A stretch of DNA of 62,875 nucleotides, filler included, from Stramenopiles sp. TOSAG23-6 (taxonomy: Eukaryota), in NCBI GenBank assembly GCA_900128565.1. It is 9 parts of 9 records of this genome, joined end to end, with 100 filler letters (N's around TTAATTAATTAA, not from the genome) between each part and the next. Parts side by side here need not be neighbours in the genome. Positions count along the whole stretch, not along the records: positions 60,005 to 61,390 come from LT639130.1; positions 61,491 to 62,875 come from LT639131.1; 7 more parts are not named here. One strand, 5' to 3'. Shown in pieces: positions 60,212-62,875 of this stretch. A model generated the notes under the pieces. It worked only from the letters and a program-made list of their open reading frames with translations. It made no database searches and had not been told where the DNA came from. The first letter of the stretch is position 1; each line of letters starts with the position of its first letter. The position numbers and the translations under genes are program-made.

Positions 60212-60820
60212 TTATAAATCATCTTCTCGAAGAAAATGTTTATGATCTTCCAACCAAGCCCGAATTTTACCAGCATACTCAAAAAAATGTTTTAATGATT
60301 GGCAATAAAATTTTTCACAAAATTTATCAAAGTCCTCACCCATACCCATTTTAGGATCTTGTTTTTGAACTCCCAGGGAACGCTCTAGGTCATCGATGAC
60401 GGGCTCTAACCCAGACACGTTTTCTTCATTGTTGAAGATATCTTTCACGTCTGTTACAAGTTGATCAAACATATCAATGTATTGACTGGAATTATTGTTT
60501 GTTTCAATTATACGTGCGATTTCTTTTGGTTTGATTTTAAGCTGTTTTGCTAATACAGCACATTTTTCATCTAACCTTTTCTGTACTTTTTGTTGTATTG
60601 GATTTAACTTGCCACCAGAAGAAGAAGAAGAAGAAGAAGAAAGCTCAGTTGTAGAGGACACATGAGGACTTTTATCAAGGTCTAGTCCAAATTCTAAACA
60701 AATGACATCTTTGATCCTATCAATACAATCTACTTCATCTGGAAAACCTAACTCGTCTAAGCTTTTAAGGACATCCTCAAGTTGCTCGATGGTGTGCTTA
60801 ACTTTTTCAGCTTTGTCCAT
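60212..60820 (-). CDS. Hypothetical protein
   Basis: 202-aa ATG-initiated ORF; an overlapping frame continues to the linker (possible frameshift). Confidence 0.5.
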   Translation of the reverse strand: MDKAEKVKHTIEQLEDVLKSLDELGFPDEVDCIDRIKDVICLEFGLDLDKSPHVSSTTELSSSSSSSSGGKLNPIQQKVQKRLDEKCAVLAKQLKIKPKEIARIIETNNNSSQYIDMFDQLVTDVKDIFNNEENVSGLEPVIDDLERSLGVQKQDPKMGMGEDFDKFCEKFYCQSLKHFFEYAGKIRAWLEDHKHFLREDDL

Positions 60821-61490
60821 GGCAACTAATAGTGACGGTTTGATAACTACCTGGTAGTATAATGTATACCAATTGGTTTTCTATAAGATAATGGTATAAC
60901 AATATATAGGTTCAAAGAATACCAAATGTGTATTAATGCAAGATTTATTACACACACAAAAATCGTATCTTAGAAAAAGTTGATATCACTGGATCGAGAG
61001 AATACTGGTACTACGTAATGTCGTGAAATTATAACCGACGAACGAAATCATTTTTTGAGAGATTTTTGAGATTTTTGAGATTCATTGTTCTAGTAAAATT
61101 TAAAAAATCTGACAATTTCAAAAACAATAAATAATGTTGTACCATTTTTTCATACTTGCAAAACATCTCGAGACAAAATGGTACTGAGTCGTAGTATAAT
61201 AATAGAATATGACACCCAACAATACTAATAAGCTTTATATTACTGTTCTGTTATTAGGCAATTTTTTTTAAAAAATTTTCCAGTATTTTAAATTGATGTT
61301 TAATCTTTTTAATTAGAGAGTAAATTTATGTAGATAATTGTTATTATTAGTTTTATATTATATACTATGAAACTGGATTTGTATAACATTNNNNNNNNNN
61401 NNNNNNNNNNNNNNNNNNNNNNNNNNNNNNNNNNTTAATTAATTAANNNNNNNNNNNNNNNNNNNNNNNNNNNNNNNNNNNNNNNNNNNN

Positions 61491-62055
61491 ATTTTGGAAA
61501 AATTTTTAAAAAAAAAACTAAAATTTTTTAGGTACAAAATTTCGTACGAAAAAAAAAAAAAAAAAAAAAAAATGTCTAATGAAAACAAACATGCATACGA
61601 GGGACCCACTGATCCTCCGTTATTGGTGGATTCAGAAAATTTGGAGCCCAATCTTGATGTAAAATGGCATCTGCGTTCTCACGTAGAACAATGTTCATTG
61701 CACCTTTAGCACCATACCTTGCAAATAATTGACTGGGTGATCCAGGGGTGTAACTGTCACCTGCTAACCAATTTTTCCTGACTTTTTCCTTCTGTTTCTC
61801 CATTTTCCGAATTCTTTCAGCACGAATCGCTGCCTTTGATGCTGCTCTTATCGAACCAGGACGTTTATTAAGCATAGGTGCTTCCCAGCTATATAAACTA
61901 GGTAATTCGCACCATAACTCAGCACGATTCTTGACAAGTTTGGACGTTGGATTCACGTTATAGAGATTTCCTATACGTGAAGATGACTTTTGAAACTTTG
62001 TCAATTCGGGAGTTCCTCGAAAGGTTTGCTTTTTCTTTCTTATAGATTTTCTCAT
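61491..62055 (-). CDS. Hypothetical protein, 3'-partial; family intron starts at 61590
   Basis: ORF ends in CAT|GTTTGTTTTC...GTACCTAA. Confidence 0.5.
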
Positions 62056-62474
62056 CAACAAAATCAATGTGTACAGATAATTTTAGAGTTTTACACTACA
62101 CAAAAACTGCGGTAGTAAAGAATGAAAGTATCGTCGAAACGTTTTGTGTCAAATGTTTTGGTAGTACTACCTTTTCATTATTATTATTATTATTATTCTA
62201 GGGTATAATATATATGTAACTGTTTTTGAAACCGTAGAGCTCCTAAAAATAGTTATACGTAGTAGCTATATATAGTACTAGTCATTTTTTTGTATATCAC
62301 AATTATACCTGGCTGCTCTACAAAAATACAAAAATACAAAACTACAAAATAGTGATTATATAAATAGGCTAGTAGCAATGTCATTGTGAATAATAGATAC
62401 TGATATTTTGATATTCTTGGTCTATTCTTTATAAATTATATTTCTACTTCAAGGTAAACCTTTTCACAAATTCA

Positions 62475-62843
62475 ATGAACGGGCTCAACCTAGATGATGA
62501 TACGTGGTACTACAAAGATAACGAAAATATCACACAGGGTCCTTTTACACCCATAAAAATGCAGGAATACTTTGAAAGGAAACAACTTCCGCCAGATCTG
62601 ATAATATCTAATTCTCCTATTGGTCCTTGGGTAAAATTAAAGACTAAAGGTTCAGACCCATTTAGGGTTAATGAGGAGAAAATTTCAAAAGAAGCTCTGG
62701 AAGCTGAAGTTGAAAGAATTGAGAAGATGCGCCAAGATAGAGAGGCTGGGAATGCTGGTACACTTGAAGAAAGATTTCCCATTGGAATCCCCTTGTCAAA
62801 AGTTGTTAAATTAGAATGTAGCAAATTATACTCGAGAGGAGGC
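62475..62843 (+). CDS. GYF-domain protein, first exon; family intron starts at 62844
   Basis: WYYKDNENITQGPFTPIKMQEYFERKQLPPDLII. Confidence 0.75.
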
Positions 62844-62875
62844 GTATGTTTTTTTTTTTTTTCATAANTTTTTTT

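Overview
AT-rich, gene-dense DNA from a microbial eukaryote (probably a flagellated protist; taxon not determinable here). The window is 9 contigs joined by artificial N44-TTAATTAATTAA-N44 linkers, so adjacency across linkers means nothing. Genes include an HMG/SNF2/PHD/Tudor/LysM chromatin remodeller, a J-domain ORF, a Ty1/copia element, a MYB factor, a cysteine synthase-like enzyme, LRR and RCC1-ankyrin proteins, DGAT2, IQ-motif proteins, an IP3-receptor-like channel, a CFAP47-like fragment, COPZ, a Coa1/Tim21-like protein, a large coiled-coil protein, a histone H2B tail, a Der/EngA GTPase and a GYF protein. Main result: every intron I found (43; 37 complete) belongs to one ~90-110 nt family, GTAYGTTTT...GTACGAAATTTTGTACCTAAC...TTTTTCMMAATACAT. 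By my hand count 31 of the 37 complete ones end in AT rather than AG, 2 in TT and 4 in AG. Removing them as GT-AT introns restores conserved protein motifs. Short terminal inverted repeats and an apparent AT duplication suggest transposon-derived introners spliced without an AG acceptor. Other highlights: a complete voltage-sensor (S1-S4) domain inserted in the IP3R-like protein, TTAGGG repeats at junctions of in-frame exonic tandem duplications, and a copia gag-pol boundary with one in-frame UAG followed by a hairpin. All splice junctions are inferred from reading frame and motif conservation, not RNA data.
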